The notes below the pieces were generated by a model. That model ran no database searches. It worked only from the letters and a program-made list of their open reading frames with translations, and was not told where the DNA came from. From a virus (lineage: Duplodnaviria > Caudoviricetes): a DNA stretch of 44,931 nucleotides. A program made the position numbers and the translations under genes. Where the stretch lies: the IMG/VR virus record IMGVR_UViG_3300037483_001258, positions 1 through 44,931 of that record. One strand, written 5' to 3'. Of the stretch, positions 43,854-44,931 are shown piece after piece; positions within the stretch are counted from its first letter, which is position 1; each line of letters opens with the position of its first letter.

Positions 43854-44600
43854 ATGCTGAAAAGAATTTTCGCGGTAGTCATTTTCTGCGCAGTAGCCAC
43901 CAGCCTGGCCTGGGGCGCCAAAACCGTTTTTGTGGACGGCACCCCCAGTCTTGGGATCAAAGGCACTACAGTCACCGCCGCGTTTTTGAACGCCGTCAAC
44001 GCCCACGATCACCACGGCGACGACGCCGACGGCAGCAACCCCCAGCTCACCAACGACGATATAGACCCCGCCGCCGTGATCGCGAAGAGCAAAATATCCA
44101 CGTCCGGCACCTGGACCAACGCGGACCTGCCCGCGACCACGGTGTTTACAACGGGCTCATACGCGGATCCGGCGTGGATAACGTCACTAGCCGGAAGTAA
44201 AGTCAGCGGAGCAGTTGCCAGCGCCACCGCTGCTACATCCGCGACAAATGCCACAAACGCGACAACAGCAGAAAATGCGACTGGAACTGGCACCGCTGTG
44301 TATTCTGCGCCAGAGTTTGGGCTAAAAATTATTCGCGGTTCATTGCAATCAGATGGAACGACCCTTCTTTTAGGGGGTGGTTTTTCCGGGGCGCATACAA
44401 ATAACTCGGGTATTTATACGATAACGTTTAACGCACCGTTCGATAGCACCCCTGTTTGTATTGCGGTTTCAAACACAACAACATATGCGGTAATGACCAG
44501 CAACGTGTCAAGCGACACCTGCGAGGTCCGCATATACGGTTACGACGGGGCGCTAGGGCTGAATGGGGGATTTTCTTTTGTTGCGATAGGCCCAAAATGA
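43854..44600 (+). CDS. Short tail fibre protein with signal-peptide-like N-terminus
   Basis: FVDGTPSLGIKGTTVTAAFLNAV fibre N-terminal motif, ATSATNATNA repeats, C-terminal YTITFNAPF...FSFVAIG. Confidence 0.75.
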   Translation: MLKRIFAVVIFCAVATSLAWGAKTVFVDGTPSLGIKGTTVTAAFLNAVNAHDHHGDDADGSNPQLTNDDIDPAAVIAKSKISTSGTWTNADLPATTVFTTGSYADPAWITSLAGSKVSGAVASATAATSATNATNATTAENATGTGTAVYSAPEFGLKIIRGSLQSDGTTLLLGGGFSGAHTNNSGIYTITFNAPFDSTPVCIAVSNTTTYAVMTSNVSSDTCEVRIYGYDGALGLNGGFSFVAIGPK

Positions 44601-44613
44601 TAGCGGGTAGTTG

Positions 44614-44644
44614 GTAGGTCGGGTAGAGCACACCGAAACCCGAC
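44614..44644 (+). repeat. GTAG-type REP-like palindrome
   Basis: GTAG-GTCGGGT...ACCCGAC. Confidence 0.5.
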
Positions 44645-44662
44645 TTTTTAAGCTTTTCCGCT

Positions 44663-44687
44663 GGGCGGGCAAAACCCCGCCCTTTTT
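44663..44687 (+). terminator. Rho-independent terminator of the late operon
   Basis: GGGCGGG-CAAAAC-CCCGCCC-TTTTT. Confidence 0.75.
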
Positions 44688-44804
44688 GCTGTTAAAATAG
44701 GTTTGATTTTTGACCTCGGAAATGGGAAAAAATGAGGTTGCAACAACGCTTAAGATCGACTAGTATTAAAACTGCTTTGACGTGGTCAAAATAAAGCGCA
44801 GTCG

Positions 44805-44851
44805 CATTTATCGCGTTTTTTGTTTCGGCTTATAACGTCGCTTTAGTCACA
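44805..44851 (-). repeat. Prophage right end with subterminal inverted repeat
   Basis: CATTTATCGCGTTTTTT (44805-44821), then ...TAGTCACA terminus. Confidence 0.75.
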
Positions 44852-44931
44852 GGCGCAGATCGATGCCATTCAGGCGGCGGTTTTAACCCTTTCCGACTTT
44901 CCCTTCATAGGTCGCCGGGTCCCGGAGTTCC
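44852..44931 (+). pseudogene. 5'-truncated RelE/ParE-family toxin gene
   Basis: AQIDAIQAAVLTLSDFPFIGRRVPEF from 44853; in-frame TAG at 44844-44846 inside the phage end and no start codon. Confidence 0.6.

Larger units (their letters stand above)
3323..44851 (+). mobile_element. Mu-like transposable prophage with contractile tail, apparently complete
   Basis: Gene order is repressor, cro/ner, transposase, ATPase, gam, gemA, mor, lysis, terminase, portal, head, sheath, tube, TMP, gpN, gp44-48-like, fibre. The right end is ...TTTAGTCACA at 44851. The left end is either TGAGACT at 3323 or TGTGAG at 3343. Confidence 0.9.

Noticed and set aside
1-44931. tRNA or rRNA genes
   Set aside because: None recognised by eye; a covariance search was not run.

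Overview
The window is almost entirely a ~41.5-kb Mu-like transposable myovirus prophage (about 3323/3343-44851). It carries a repressor/Cro switch, DDE transposase and ATPase, gam, gemA, mor, lysis, head and Mu-type contractile tail modules. Its left flank is a DndD-like gene that is also interrupted by a complete IS21-family element (382-3012, 6-bp TSD). Its right flank is the 3' part of a RelE/ParE-like gene. The main surprise is a complete integron inside the phage early/semi-essential region: an IntI-type integrase (15461-16459) translationally coupled to gemA, a putative attI at ~15369-15390, and five canonical attC sites plus one decayed one. These delimit six cassettes: two orphan DNA methyltransferases, an exactly duplicated 708-bp cassette carrying an overlapping bidirectional promoter, and two small unknown genes. 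One attC contains a clean 49-bp insert copied from a phage gene 8.6 kb away. Also notable are Sec-like signal peptides on four virion proteins including the tail sheath, a Pal/OmpA-like lipoprotein in the lysis cassette, and several families of short intergenic repeats. All protein assignments come from motifs recognised by eye plus gene order; no database search was run.
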